Source of the DNA: an uncultured Caldisericales bacterium
Lineage (GTDB): Bacteria; Caldisericota; Caldisericia; JAAYUI01
Length of the DNA stretch: 64,000 bases
Direction of reading: 5' to 3'
Assembly (NCBI GenBank): GCA_964639885.1
Contig: CAZXEH010000001.1
Location: forward strand, 36,893 to 100,892
Below are positions 19,613-28,462 of this stretch, piece after piece. Within the stretch, counting starts at the first letter, position 1; each line of letters opens with the position of its first letter. A model generated the notes under the pieces. That model ran no database searches. It was given only the letters and a program-made list of their open reading frames with translations, and was not told the origin of the DNA. Both the position numbers and the translations under genes were made by a program.

Positions 19613-20589
19613 TTATGGTTGGATGTCTTTTGTTAGCATTATCAACTCGGATACTTTGTCATACTCATAGCTAAACCCGAACAATTCAAAGAAAGATTTG
19701 ACTGGAACGTGAGTTGTGCCATTTTCGATGAATGGCGCTTCATCAATGTCGACAGTGGATCCATCGAAATTGGCAATCTTTTCGTTGGCTCTGCACAATA
19801 ATTTGTTGTCGCCAGCGGTTATGGCGGTGATTCTTGCGCTTGCATCCCACGAAAGCTGACCATTGATTACTTCGCAGAAAAGTCTGATGTTGAGCATGAA
19901 TGTTCCGTTTCTTGTCTTTATTTTATTTATTGAAATTTGTCTGTTGTCAATGGTCATGTTTCCTGAATTAATACCGATGTAGACTCTTTTTGTGTGAATG
20001 TTGTTTATGCCAAGGTTTACGTTGGTTTTGTTACCATATCTATCAACAACATTTATCATGTGAGAATTTTTTGATGGAGCCTCTTTTAATTCTATCTGCA
20101 GCCTGATCCTGTTTCCGTCCACTTCCTGCGTTGCGTTGTCAACGATTATTTTGCACCCAGGGTCAGTGAAGCAAAGAATATCGATTTTTTTGGCATCTTT
20201 GGCATCAAGGTTTATTTTCTGATCAGTGAATGTCTTGCCTCCGATGAACAATGTCACAACCGGTGGTGTCGAATCCATTTCAACATAAATGTCTTTTGTG
20301 ACCTTGGCTCCGTCTTCTGGGAGACCACCTGAAAAAAGTTGCCACCTTCGTTTACATCGAGATAAATCTTGAATGAACCATTATCATCTGCGTATGTGAA
20401 TAGGTTTTGCCCTTCAATTCCAACCTGACTCCCCGGTTCAGCTTTCCCTTCCAGAATAAATGGAGATTTATTGACATACCAAACCTGTTTTACCTCCAGC
20501 GCCAGAGATTGCGCCATACCGCTTGAGAGCGGAACAAACGTTGCAGCAATCAAACCCATCACCACCAATAACATGCCCAGCCGTTTCAT
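19613..20589 (-). pseudogene. frameshifted paralogue of 18631..19602 (secreted stalk-domain protein), disrupted at an A/T homopolymer
   Basis: Two consecutive ORFs (20254..20589 and 19613..20278) align collinearly to the upstream paralogue (VKQVWYVNKSPFILEGKAEPGSQV vs IGLVHYTNKSPFTLIGKAAPGTEV). The reading frame changes at the A6/T6 run near 20335–20340. Adding one base there restores ...EGGNFFSGGLPEDGAKVTKDIYVEMDSTPPVV. Confidence 0.6.
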
Positions 20590-20630
20590 ATTACCTCCGA
20601 AATTATTTACGGTCGAGCTGCAGGTTCGGT

Positions 20631-21266
20631 TCAGATGGTCTTGAAACGCTGGACTGGACAGGTTTGACAAACTGGTTTTGTTTTGCAGTTCTCCTTGCCA
20701 AGCCTGACGATCAACGCATGGTACTCGTTAAAAAGCTTGCGATCCCTTGGAAGATTGGACTCGAAAACTGCTTTCAGGCTTTCATACTCTTCAGCTTCAG
20801 GAATTTGCAGACACCTTGCAAGCCTTTTTGTATAGGCGTCGATTACAAAAGTTGTGTGGTTGCCTGCATAAAGCATGATGGAATCAGCAGTTTCAGGGCC
20901 AATTCCCTTGGTTGCCAGCAGTTCTTCCCTAACAATTTTTTGCGGTCTGTCGAGCATTTTCTCAATTGAGCCGAATTTTCTGAAGACCATTCTGGCAAAG
21001 TCAAGCAGCCTCTCGGTTTTCTGGTTATAAAATCCAACCGGTCTGATCAGGGTTTTGATCAGCTCTGGATCAGCATGAACCATTTTATCCAGCTCAAGAA
21101 GATTTTCGGACTTCAGGTTTGCGATGGCTTTCTCAACATTACTCCAGGCCACCTGTTGGGTCAGAATTGCGCCGACTGCAATCTCCCACGGCGAATCACC
21201 CGGCCACCAGCGCTGAGGCCCGAAATGGCTAAATAGAGCCTCATAGAGGCTTTCAAGTTTGGTCAC
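20631..21266 (-). CDS. HhH-GPD superfamily DNA glycosylase (endonuclease III-related)
   Basis: Helix-hairpin-helix GPD region (LLATKGIGPETADSIMLYA) and a C-terminal 4-Cys cluster (CKTKPVCQTCPVQRF), as in the EndoIII/Nth family. Confidence 0.7.
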   Translation of the reverse strand: MTKLESLYEALFSHFGPQRWWPGDSPWEIAVGAILTQQVAWSNVEKAIANLKSENLLELDKMVHADPELIKTLIRPVGFYNQKTERLLDFARMVFRKFGSIEKMLDRPQKIVREELLATKGIGPETADSIMLYAGNHTTFVIDAYTKRLARCLQIPEAEEYESLKAVFESNLPRDRKLFNEYHALIVRLGKENCKTKPVCQTCPVQRFKTI

Positions 21267-21269
21267 AGA

Positions 21270-21641
21270 TCACATCATTGCGTTTGGCAGGCTTTCGAAG
21301 ATGCTGATCCTGTTTCCGTCAAAATCCTCAAGGGTTGCGAAGTAACCGACTTCAGGAATAGGTGTTTTCTCCCTTACGATTTTCCATCCAACTTGAGCAG
21401 CCTTTGGGAGGGTTTCGTCGATGCTTGGTGCATGCAGATAAAGATCAAAATTCTTCAATGTCGTCGGCTCTTTCACAAGCATGATTCCGCCGCCCAACTT
21501 GTCGTCCGGGAACATGAAAAGCATGTATTGGCTGTCGTTTCCCCAGATTCTGAATGTCCATCCGAAGAAACCGTAGAATTTTTTGAACTTTTCAAAATCT
21601 GTTGTTGAAAATTCCATGTGTACCAGATCGCCAAATGCCAT
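21270..21641 (-). CDS. VOC family protein (glyoxalase/bleomycin-resistance fold)
   Basis: 123-aa single VOC domain; the call rests on its length and its pattern of conserved hydrophobic/Gly residues. Confidence 0.55.
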   Translation of the reverse strand: MAFGDLVHMEFSTTDFEKFKKFYGFFGWTFRIWGNDSQYMLFMFPDDKLGGGIMLVKEPTTLKNFDLYLHAPSIDETLPKAAQVGWKIVREKTPIPEVGYFATLEDFDGNRISIFESLPNAMM

Positions 21642-21685
21642 GAAACACCTCCTGCAAATATTTGATGACCATTGTACAGAAAATA

Positions 21686-21722
21686 AAAAACCGGCGCAAT
21701 GGGCGCCGGTTTTGTCGGTTTT
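21686..21722. terminator. Rho-independent terminator (bidirectional)
   Basis: CCGGCGC-aatg-GGCGCCGG hairpin flanked by AAAAAA upstream and TTTTGTCGGTTTT downstream. Confidence 0.6.
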
Positions 21723-21731
21723 GCTGTCAGA

Positions 21732-22745
21732 TCATTCGGAAGCTGTTTCCGGGAAGTAGCAAGTGACTGTCTTTGTTGCTGCTTCGTAGTCGACCCTTGC
21801 ACCAAGGAGTTCTGAGATCATCCTTACAGGAACGACTGTACTACCGTTGTAGTTGGTGGCCGCTGTCTTGACTGTGACCTTGTCTTTGAACATCTTGCCG
21901 TCGCCGGTCTTGAGCTCGAGAGTGACTGTTGTTGAGTTGAGCGGGAGGCTCATCTTGAAGTAGACGTTCTTGAACTCGAAGGTGTATGAGGCTGTTTTAG
22001 TTGCTGCGTCCCAGCCAACCTTGCAGTAGTCCTTGCCAATGACCTTTTCGCCCATGTCGCGCATCGGGAGATAGGTTGAGCCCTTGATTACAACCGGAGG
22101 AACCTTGAGGGTGTCGGTTGAGTCTGTCATCGGGTATCTCTTTGCCTTGTCCTTGTTTCTGATGTCCCAGGTAAGGCACTTTGTGAGCTTGAGTTCCTTG
22201 TTGTCTATCTGCATCTTTGCAACTGTGAACGGGATGAGCATGCAGCCAAAGTACATTGAGTCGATGGTTCCCTTGTCGCCAACCGGCCAGACATCGACAC
22301 GGCCTGTGCCCATCTGTCCGAACTTGCCGACTGAAGCCACACCGTGCGGAGAGAAGAGGGCGGTCATTGCTTCTTCAAATCCCGGTTCCTTTTCCTTGCC
22401 TGTTGTTCCGGTGACACCTGCGTTGTAGCATGCATCAGAGAAGCAGTATTCGACAATTTCCCAGTCGCCTGACTTTGTGTCTGCGTCATAAGGTGTTGTT
22501 GGGCCGAGGTTGTTCATCATGCCCTGGAACTTCTGTGTTCTGTCTGTGACGTTTTTCATCGAGTAGTGGAAGTGGTTGTTTGACTGGTACGGATAAACTG
22601 TCGGGTTTGGCGCAAACAGTGCCGAGAACTTGAACAGGAATGTCCTGTTGAGGTGCTTGAAAAAGCCCGGGCCTGCGTTGGCAGAGGTGCTGAAACCTGC
22701 AACTGCGATTGCCGCAATGGCAACGATTGCGATAATTTTCTTCAT
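21732..22745 (-). CDS. secreted protein with C-terminal copper-amine-oxidase-N-terminal-like stalk domain
   Basis: Signal peptide (MKKIIAIVAIAAIAVAGFSTSANA). C-terminal module ...STYLPMRDMGEKV...VGWDAATKT...STVVPVRMISELLGARVDYEAATKTVT. Confidence 0.55.
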   Translation of the reverse strand: MKKIIAIVAIAAIAVAGFSTSANAGPGFFKHLNRTFLFKFSALFAPNPTVYPYQSNNHFHYSMKNVTDRTQKFQGMMNNLGPTTPYDADTKSGDWEIVEYCFSDACYNAGVTGTTGKEKEPGFEEAMTALFSPHGVASVGKFGQMGTGRVDVWPVGDKGTIDSMYFGCMLIPFTVAKMQIDNKELKLTKCLTWDIRNKDKAKRYPMTDSTDTLKVPPVVIKGSTYLPMRDMGEKVIGKDYCKVGWDAATKTASYTFEFKNVYFKMSLPLNSTTVTLELKTGDGKMFKDKVTVKTAATNYNGSTVVPVRMISELLGARVDYEAATKTVTCYFPETASE

Positions 22746-22877
22746 CTTTAAGCCTCCAAAAGGTTATGATTGGTTTTTAATGTCCCTCAAATCTATTTCA
22801 ACAAAGTTTTTGGCAAGCTCCAATTAAGGTTTGGAATCCGGCTTGTCCTTTAAATAAAAGCATATAAACTTTCATTC

Positions 22878-23645
22878 ATGAAGCTGAGAGCATGGGTATG
22901 GATCGGTGTGGCTGGAATCGTTTTGGCTGCTGGCTTTTTTATGGTTGGCAGAATGCTGGTTTCTGCTCCGAAAACGGTAAATACGACATTTTCAGACGCC
23001 TCAGCGCTGGCAAGCAAGACAAACCTTGATCTGTCCATCGATCCCAAGGACAAATCAACCATCATAGTTTTCAGGCAATTGAACGATAATGCTCAAATCG
23101 GGCAATACTCAGTCTCAACCCTGCAAGCGATTGCCAGTTTGAAGAAAGTTTCAACAGACCTTGCCAATTTCCAGAAAGTCAGGTTCAACCTGAAGTCAGG
23201 CCATTCAAAACGCACTTTTGAAGTCAAGGTTGAAACCCTGCTTTCATATTTCAATGGTGAGATAGGCGAGAAGGCTTTGTGGGGCGAGATTCTTTCAAGT
23301 GGTGAACCTGTGTTTGCGCCAACCGACAGCGGGTTTGGAAAGCAGGATTTTGCTGACATTTTCACGGCTCTGGAACCCGATTCCACCGCAGCCTTTGACG
23401 GTGACACCTTCAAAATCGACCTCGGTTTGTCAAGATCGTTGCAAAGTGAGGCTGCAAGTGTGATGGTCTCGATCGCCTCTGCGTCGGAGGTTTCAGGTTT
23501 CTGGCCAACAAACGTTGAAATAATCGTCACTTCTGATGGCACACAATACCTGCTTGCGTTCAAGTCGACAGTACTTCGCGACATCTCCTCAGGCAAAATC
23601 ACTCCCCAGGAATTCGTTTCAAAGCTGCATCTGGAAAAGAAATAA
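22878..23645 (+). CDS. hypothetical membrane-anchored protein
   Basis: N-terminal TM helix (WVWIGVAGIVLAAGFFMVG). No family recognised. Confidence 0.4.
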   Translation: MKLRAWVWIGVAGIVLAAGFFMVGRMLVSAPKTVNTTFSDASALASKTNLDLSIDPKDKSTIIVFRQLNDNAQIGQYSVSTLQAIASLKKVSTDLANFQKVRFNLKSGHSKRTFEVKVETLLSYFNGEIGEKALWGEILSSGEPVFAPTDSGFGKQDFADIFTALEPDSTAAFDGDTFKIDLGLSRSLQSEAASVMVSIASASEVSGFWPTNVEIIVTSDGTQYLLAFKSTVLRDISSGKITPQEFVSKLHLEKK

Positions 23646-23702
23646 ACTCCCTCATCCGGCTTTCAGCCACCTTCTCCCGCTGACGCAGGCGAAGGAGTGT
23701 TT

Positions 23703-23793
23703 TCCTTTTTTTGCCCCTCTTGATAAGAGGGGGTAGGGGGGAGTTCATTATTTTCTTTGTTTGTCCCCCTTGAGAAGGGGGAATTAGAGGGGG
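23703..23793. repeat. tandem pair of GC-rich hairpin units, each a T-rich run, then a CCCC(C)T(C)TT-NNN-AAG(A)GGGG stem-loop, then a G5-6 tract
   Basis: Unit 1: TTTTTTTGCCCCTCTTgatAAGAGGGGGTAGGGGGGAGTTC. Unit 2: TCTTTGTTTGTCCCCCTTgagAAGGGGGAATTAGAGGGGGTTC. Four G-runs of at least 5 lie within about 75 nt on the + strand. Sits in the convergent intergenic region. Confidence 0.5.
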
Positions 23794-23862
23794 TTCTTGT
23801 ATGATCAACGATGAACCCACCGGCACTGTGTGCCACCTCCCTTCACAATGGAGGCAAAAAAT

Positions 23863-24228
23863 CTACTTAACTTCGATGGTGCGGATGAACTTGCGAGACC
23901 TGGTGGTGCTGTCCTTGATCAGGATCGTCACGTCGAACTTTCCGGCTTCAAAGGTTTTCTCGATTGGGCCAAGCGTGAGTGACCGCGACTCGAGGGACGC
24001 GCTGGAGCCGTCGCCCCAGTCAACCGAGAGCTTGAACGGCGGGAAAGCCTGGTCGAGCGTGGCAGTCAGGCTGACCGGGACGCTGACGCTGGCGATGCCG
24101 TCGTTAACGCCCTCAAAATCCAGCTGGGCGGTGATGGGGAAGATGACCGGCACGCCGATGAAAGCCCCCGCACCGGAAGGCATGGCGACGATGGCCAGGA
24201 GCGCAAGCGCAACAGAGAGTTTCTTCAT
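23863..24228 (-). CDS. small secreted protein with PKD-like (WGDGS) domain
   Basis: Signal peptide (MKKLSVALALLAIVAMPSGAGA). Motif LSVDWGDGSSASLESRSL aligns with the C-terminus of the giant protein at 36331..40950 (LKVNWGDGSPEELYTMRD). GGAGG RBS before MKKL. Confidence 0.5.
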   Translation of the reverse strand: MKKLSVALALLAIVAMPSGAGAFIGVPVIFPITAQLDFEGVNDGIASVSVPVSLTATLDQAFPPFKLSVDWGDGSSASLESRSLTLGPIEKTFEAGKFDVTILIKDSTTRSRKFIRTIEVK

Positions 24229-24246
24229 GCCTCCGGTGTAGCGCAT

Positions 24247-25941
24247 TTAAAGTTTGGATGCAAGACTGTTATCTATGCCTAATTTACAAACAATATCTTT
24301 TAAATATTTTTCAAGATGAATTTTATCATCATCAGAAAAATGCCAAGATTCGGTTTCTATTTCATCTATACGATTATAAACATTAAACTCATCCTTTTTT
24401 ACTAAACCAAAAATAGAGCAAAAATCACCATACAAAATGGAAACAGTTTCTTCGAATCGATTTTCAAGATAGTCTTTCAAAGATTTTATTTCTCGTAAGG
24501 TATCCGTATCACCTTTGTCGTCATCTAATGCGATGATGTAAGGAATTCCAAATTTATCTAATATTTTTGCATGATTCAATAATTTAGAATTCCCCCTTGA
24601 ATTATAGATACTGATATCATTACTATTTAGATTGTGACCTTGTTTCATCAATAACCAAGGTATGGCAATTCTTTCATTGTAGCCTTCGACTAATAATACT
24701 TTATCGGCAAAGAAAAATTCACGTAGTTCAGGTTCAAGCCTTAATGATGTAAAGAATTCGAAGAAATATTTATCAGAACCCAACACGTCAATTCCCTTTG
24801 ATTTTAGATAGTTTATTGAAAAATCGTATAACCCACTTCCATTATTGCTAACTTTTGTTAACCCGTTTATTTTTGATATGATTCTGAGTGAATGAATGTT
24901 CATAGGATCGATGAAATAAGATGAATGGGTGGAGAGGACTATTTTAAAATTTTTATTGCCCACGATCTCAAATAACTTATCTGAAACAGCTTTTTGTTGA
25001 TGTGGATGCATAAATATTTCTGGCTCTTCAATTAATAATATAAGATTGCTTTTGTTATCCTGTATCTTTTTTGAAGCCAATTGAGTAAATAACAACATTA
25101 TCAGCAATCTTTGTAAACCATGACCTAAATTTGTCCACTCTACAGATTCGATCCATTTATCACTTATTAATAATTGCCTGTCAGTAACCAGTTTTTTTGC
25201 ATCAAAATCAGTTGGAAGATACTCAATATTATTGATATCAGGTATAATTTTTTTCATTTCAGATTTAAGAGAGTTAATTATTTCCAAGGCATCTGTTTCT
25301 GGGATTTCTCGAATTTTCTTCAGCGCTTCGCAAATAATGACATTAATTTTTTCAGTATATGTTTTGCTGAATTTGTCATTTAAAAGTTTTCCGAGTATTG
25401 TTGTATTTGCAGTATTTGTTGCTTCTTTTAATATTGGAATTGCAGATAAATATAGAATATCAAATGGAGGTTTTTTATCGACCCAATCAAACTTACCATT
25501 AACTTCCGCTGTCGACTGGTAGATTTCTTTTTCACCTCCAGAATCAACCCAAATGTTTACCGTTGATCGTTTACTATTATTTCCAATATACTTACTAACA
25601 TCATTTTTAAGTGTTAATTTCTCTGATTCTCCTAAATTGGAAAAAGATTCTAATTCTAATAATTTTGCTTTGTAATCATCCTCTAATCTTTTATTGCATA
25701 TATCTGTTATTTCAAAAATACCTTTGTTAAATGCTTTATTTAGTGCAGTCATTATATTGCTTTTACCAGAATTATTTTTCCCTATCAATATCGTTTGATT
25801 ACTAAGGAATATTTCTAATTTATCTATTGTTCTAAAATTGTTTATTTCAATATGAATGTTATCCTCGGGATTGTCCATACAGCCTCCACAATGTTTATAA
25901 ACAAAATCCCCGAAGATTTCAATACCCTCGGGGATTGGCAA
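24247..25941 (-). CDS. OLD-family nuclease: N-terminal ABC-type ATPase + C-terminal TOPRIM domain (Gabija GajA / class-1 OLD-like)
   Basis: Walker A (ILIGKNNSGKSNIMTAL). Walker B/D-loop (LILLIEEPEIFMHPHQQ). C-terminal Toprim with a conserved Glu (LLVEGYNERIAIPWLL) and DxD (IIALDDDKGDTD). The gene is conspicuously AT-rich (about 25–30 %GC by eye) against GC-rich flanks. An alternative start is at the Met at 25878. Confidence 0.75.
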   Translation of the reverse strand: MPIPEGIEIFGDFVYKHCGGCMDNPEDNIHIEINNFRTIDKLEIFLSNQTILIGKNNSGKSNIMTALNKAFNKGIFEITDICNKRLEDDYKAKLLELESFSNLGESEKLTLKNDVSKYIGNNSKRSTVNIWVDSGGEKEIYQSTAEVNGKFDWVDKKPPFDILYLSAIPILKEATNTANTTILGKLLNDKFSKTYTEKINVIICEALKKIREIPETDALEIINSLKSEMKKIIPDINNIEYLPTDFDAKKLVTDRQLLISDKWIESVEWTNLGHGLQRLLIMLLFTQLASKKIQDNKSNLILLIEEPEIFMHPHQQKAVSDKLFEIVGNKNFKIVLSTHSSYFIDPMNIHSLRIISKINGLTKVSNNGSGLYDFSINYLKSKGIDVLGSDKYFFEFFTSLRLEPELREFFFADKVLLVEGYNERIAIPWLLMKQGHNLNSNDISIYNSRGNSKLLNHAKILDKFGIPYIIALDDDKGDTDTLREIKSLKDYLENRFEETVSILYGDFCSIFGLVKKDEFNVYNRIDEIETESWHFSDDDKIHLEKYLKDIVCKLGIDNSLASKL

Positions 25942-25979
25942 ATGTTTCCAAAAATGTCGGTTTGTGCTATGTTATCTCG

Positions 25980-27230
25980 TCACAGCCCGTACTTCTCGAT
26001 GATCTGATCCTTGGTTTTGCCAAGAATGCCGTACTTTTGGCCGATTTTGGTGAAGGCGTTTATGGCCTTGTCGAGATGCTCCATCTCGTGGCCGGCTGAA
26101 ATCTGAACCCTGATGCGTGCAAGACCCTTGCCAACGACCGGATAGTAGAAGCCGATGACGTAGATGCCTTCGCTGTAGAGGTCTGCGGCGAAGTCCTGGG
26201 CGAGCTTTGCGTTGTAGAGCATGATTGGGACGATGGGATGGACGCCTGGCCTGATGTCGAATCCGGCTGATGTCATCTTTTCCCTGAAGTACTTTGTGTT
26301 TCTTTCCAGCTTGTCGCGGCGCTCGGTGGTGGTTGAGAGAAGGTCGATGACCTTGAGCGCTGCAGCGGCGACCACTGGCGGGATCGTGTTTGAGAACAGG
26401 TATGGGCGCGATCTCTGGCGAAGGAGGTCGATGATCTCTTTCCTGCCCGAGGTTGCTCCGCCTGAGGCTCCGCCAAGGGCTTTGCCAAGGGTGGTTGTGA
26501 TGACGTCGATTCTGCCCATCACGCCGTTGTGCTCATGGGTTCCGCGGCCGGTTTTGCCCATGAAGCCTGTTGCGTGGGAGTCGTCAACCATGGTCATGCA
26601 GTCGTACTTGTCGGCAATGTCGCAGATTTCCTTGAGTTTTGCGACGTCGCCATCCATGGAGAACACGCCGTCTGTTGCGATCATGATGAACCTTACGCCG
26701 TCAGCCCTGGCCTGCTTGCACTTTTCCTCGCAGTCGGCCATGTCGTTGTGCTTGTAGACATAGCGTTTTGCCTTTGAAAGCCTCATGCCGTCGATGATTG
26801 AGGCGTGGTTGAGCTCTTCGGTGACGATTGCGTCCTCTTCCTTGAGCAGCGTTTCAAAAAGTCCGCCGTTTGCGTCAAAGCACGAGGAGTAGAGGATTGT
26901 GTCTTCGGTGCCCAGGAACTCTGAAATCTTTTTTTCAAGCTGTTTGTGGATGTCCTGGGTTCCGCAGATGAAACGGACTGAGCTGAGGCCGTAGCCCCTG
27001 TAGTCCAGACCTTCGTGGGCTGCCTTGATGACGTCGGGGTGGGATGAGAGGCCAAGGTAGTTGTTGGCGCAGAAGTTGAGGGTTTCCTTGATCGGTGCGT
27101 CTTCAGGGAAGCGAACCTTGATGTCTGCCGCCTGTTCGGAAACGATCACCCTTTCATTCTTCCAAAGGCCGGCATCCTTGATTCCGGCAAGCTCTTTTGT
27201 GAGGAATTCTTTCACTTTGCTGTATGCCAT
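25980..27230 (-). CDS. kbl: glycine C-acetyltransferase (2-amino-3-ketobutyrate CoA ligase)
   Basis: PLP-dependent α-oxoamine synthase family; Lys-PLP region [13 protein letters not shown]. Adjacent to tdh. Confidence 0.9.
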   Translation of the reverse strand: MAYSKVKEFLTKELAGIKDAGLWKNERVIVSEQAADIKVRFPEDAPIKETLNFCANNYLGLSSHPDVIKAAHEGLDYRGYGLSSVRFICGTQDIHKQLEKKISEFLGTEDTILYSSCFDANGGLFETLLKEEDAIVTEELNHASIIDGMRLSKAKRYVYKHNDMADCEEKCKQARADGVRFIMIATDGVFSMDGDVAKLKEICDIADKYDCMTMVDDSHATGFMGKTGRGTHEHNGVMGRIDVITTTLGKALGGASGGATSGRKEIIDLLRQRSRPYLFSNTIPPVVAAAALKVIDLLSTTTERRDKLERNTKYFREKMTSAGFDIRPGVHPIVPIMLYNAKLAQDFAADLYSEGIYVIGFYYPVVGKGLARIRVQISAGHEMEHLDKAINAFTKIGQKYGILGKTKDQIIEKYGL

Positions 27231-27242
27231 CTGGATTCTCCT

Positions 27243-28349
27243 TTACATGCCCATGCGCTTCTTGGCGGCTGCAAGCTCGTTTTTGTCCGGGAAGAGGACG
27301 ATTTTTGCACATTCCCTCGGGTTTGCCGTCAGAAGGTCGAAGGCAGTCTTGTAATCTTCGAGTGCGAACATGTGGGTTATGACCGGTTTAATGTCGAGTT
27401 TTCCTGATGAGAGCATCATTCCGTTCCTGTACCATGTGTCAAAGATTTTTCTGCCGTTGATGCCGTGAATCTGGATTCCTTTGAACACGATTCCGTCGTT
27501 GTAGTCGATGTTTGTGATGGACTGGCTCAGAACTCCGAATGCCGAGACCCTTCCGCCTTTCCTGACCATTTTCAGGCAGTCGTCAATGGCTGATGCAGCA
27601 CCGGCCATTTCGAGGGCAACATCCACGCCGAAGCCGTCAGTGCCGTCCAGAACTGTCTGGAGTCTCTGCTTTGCGTCTTCCTTGAGGATGTTCATCTGGA
27701 CATCAGCGCCCATGATTTTTCCGATTTTGAGGTTATATTCGGCCATGCCAACCTGGAAGATTTTGGATGCGCCGGCAGCTTTTGCGATTCCGACAGCGAA
27801 GAGTGCTATTGGGCCGTCACCGACGATGAGGACTCTCTTGCCATAAATGTCGTGATCCTCGCCAAGCGTGCAGTAGCAGGCGTTTCCGAGCGGTTCCTGT
27901 ACTGAGGCAAGCTCTGGTGAGAGCGACTTGTCATTCTTCCAGAGAACGATTTCCGGGGCGGCGATGTATTCGGCAAAGCAACCGTTTGTGTCCACGCCCA
28001 GAATCTTCATGTTCTTTCCCACATGAAGCACACCCAGCATTGAGGTTAAATCAGCCGGGTCGTAGATGTGGGTTTCACAGCTCACGTAGTCTCCAACCTT
28101 GATGCGGTTGCAGTACGGGCCGACTTCCACAACTTCTCCGCTGCATTCGTGGCCAAGTGTTTGTGGCAGCTTCTTTTCGCCAATTCTTCCCTGTGACCAT
28201 GGGTCCCAGTTCCAGATGTGGACGTCTGTTCCGCAGATTGACGTTGCCTTTACCTTGATGAGCACCCAACCCGGTGCAAGTTTGTCTGGTACCGGAACAT
28301 CAAGAAACTCTGCTCCGACCGCTGGTTTTGTTTTTACTACGGCTCTCAT
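27243..28349 (-). CDS. tdh: L-threonine 3-dehydrogenase (Zn-dependent MDR family)
   Basis: Zn-ADH motifs (GHECSGEV; Cys cluster; GDGPIALFAVGIAKAAGA). Forms the conserved kbl–tdh operon. Confidence 0.9.
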   Translation of the reverse strand: MRAVVKTKPAVGAEFLDVPVPDKLAPGWVLIKVKATSICGTDVHIWNWDPWSQGRIGEKKLPQTLGHECSGEVVEVGPYCNRIKVGDYVSCETHIYDPADLTSMLGVLHVGKNMKILGVDTNGCFAEYIAAPEIVLWKNDKSLSPELASVQEPLGNACYCTLGEDHDIYGKRVLIVGDGPIALFAVGIAKAAGASKIFQVGMAEYNLKIGKIMGADVQMNILKEDAKQRLQTVLDGTDGFGVDVALEMAGAASAIDDCLKMVRKGGRVSAFGVLSQSITNIDYNDGIVFKGIQIHGINGRKIFDTWYRNGMMLSSGKLDIKPVITHMFALEDYKTAFDLLTANPRECAKIVLFPDKNELAAAKKRMGM

Positions 28350-28462
28350 GAATCCTCCTTGTGCTTTTCTTTTTCAAACATCAAATTGATATGACCAGAG
28401 CTTGATTAAGTCAAGTTAACTGCGGTTGTTTTTAAAAGTAGGGTAAGCCTTGACCGGCCACT

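Noticed and set aside
24262-25975. Shared 8-mer TGTTATCT near both ends of the AT-rich OLD-family gene, considered as a possible target-site duplication.
   Set aside because: The left copy lies inside the coding sequence rather than flanking the island. An 8-mer match within AT-rich sequence is expected by chance.
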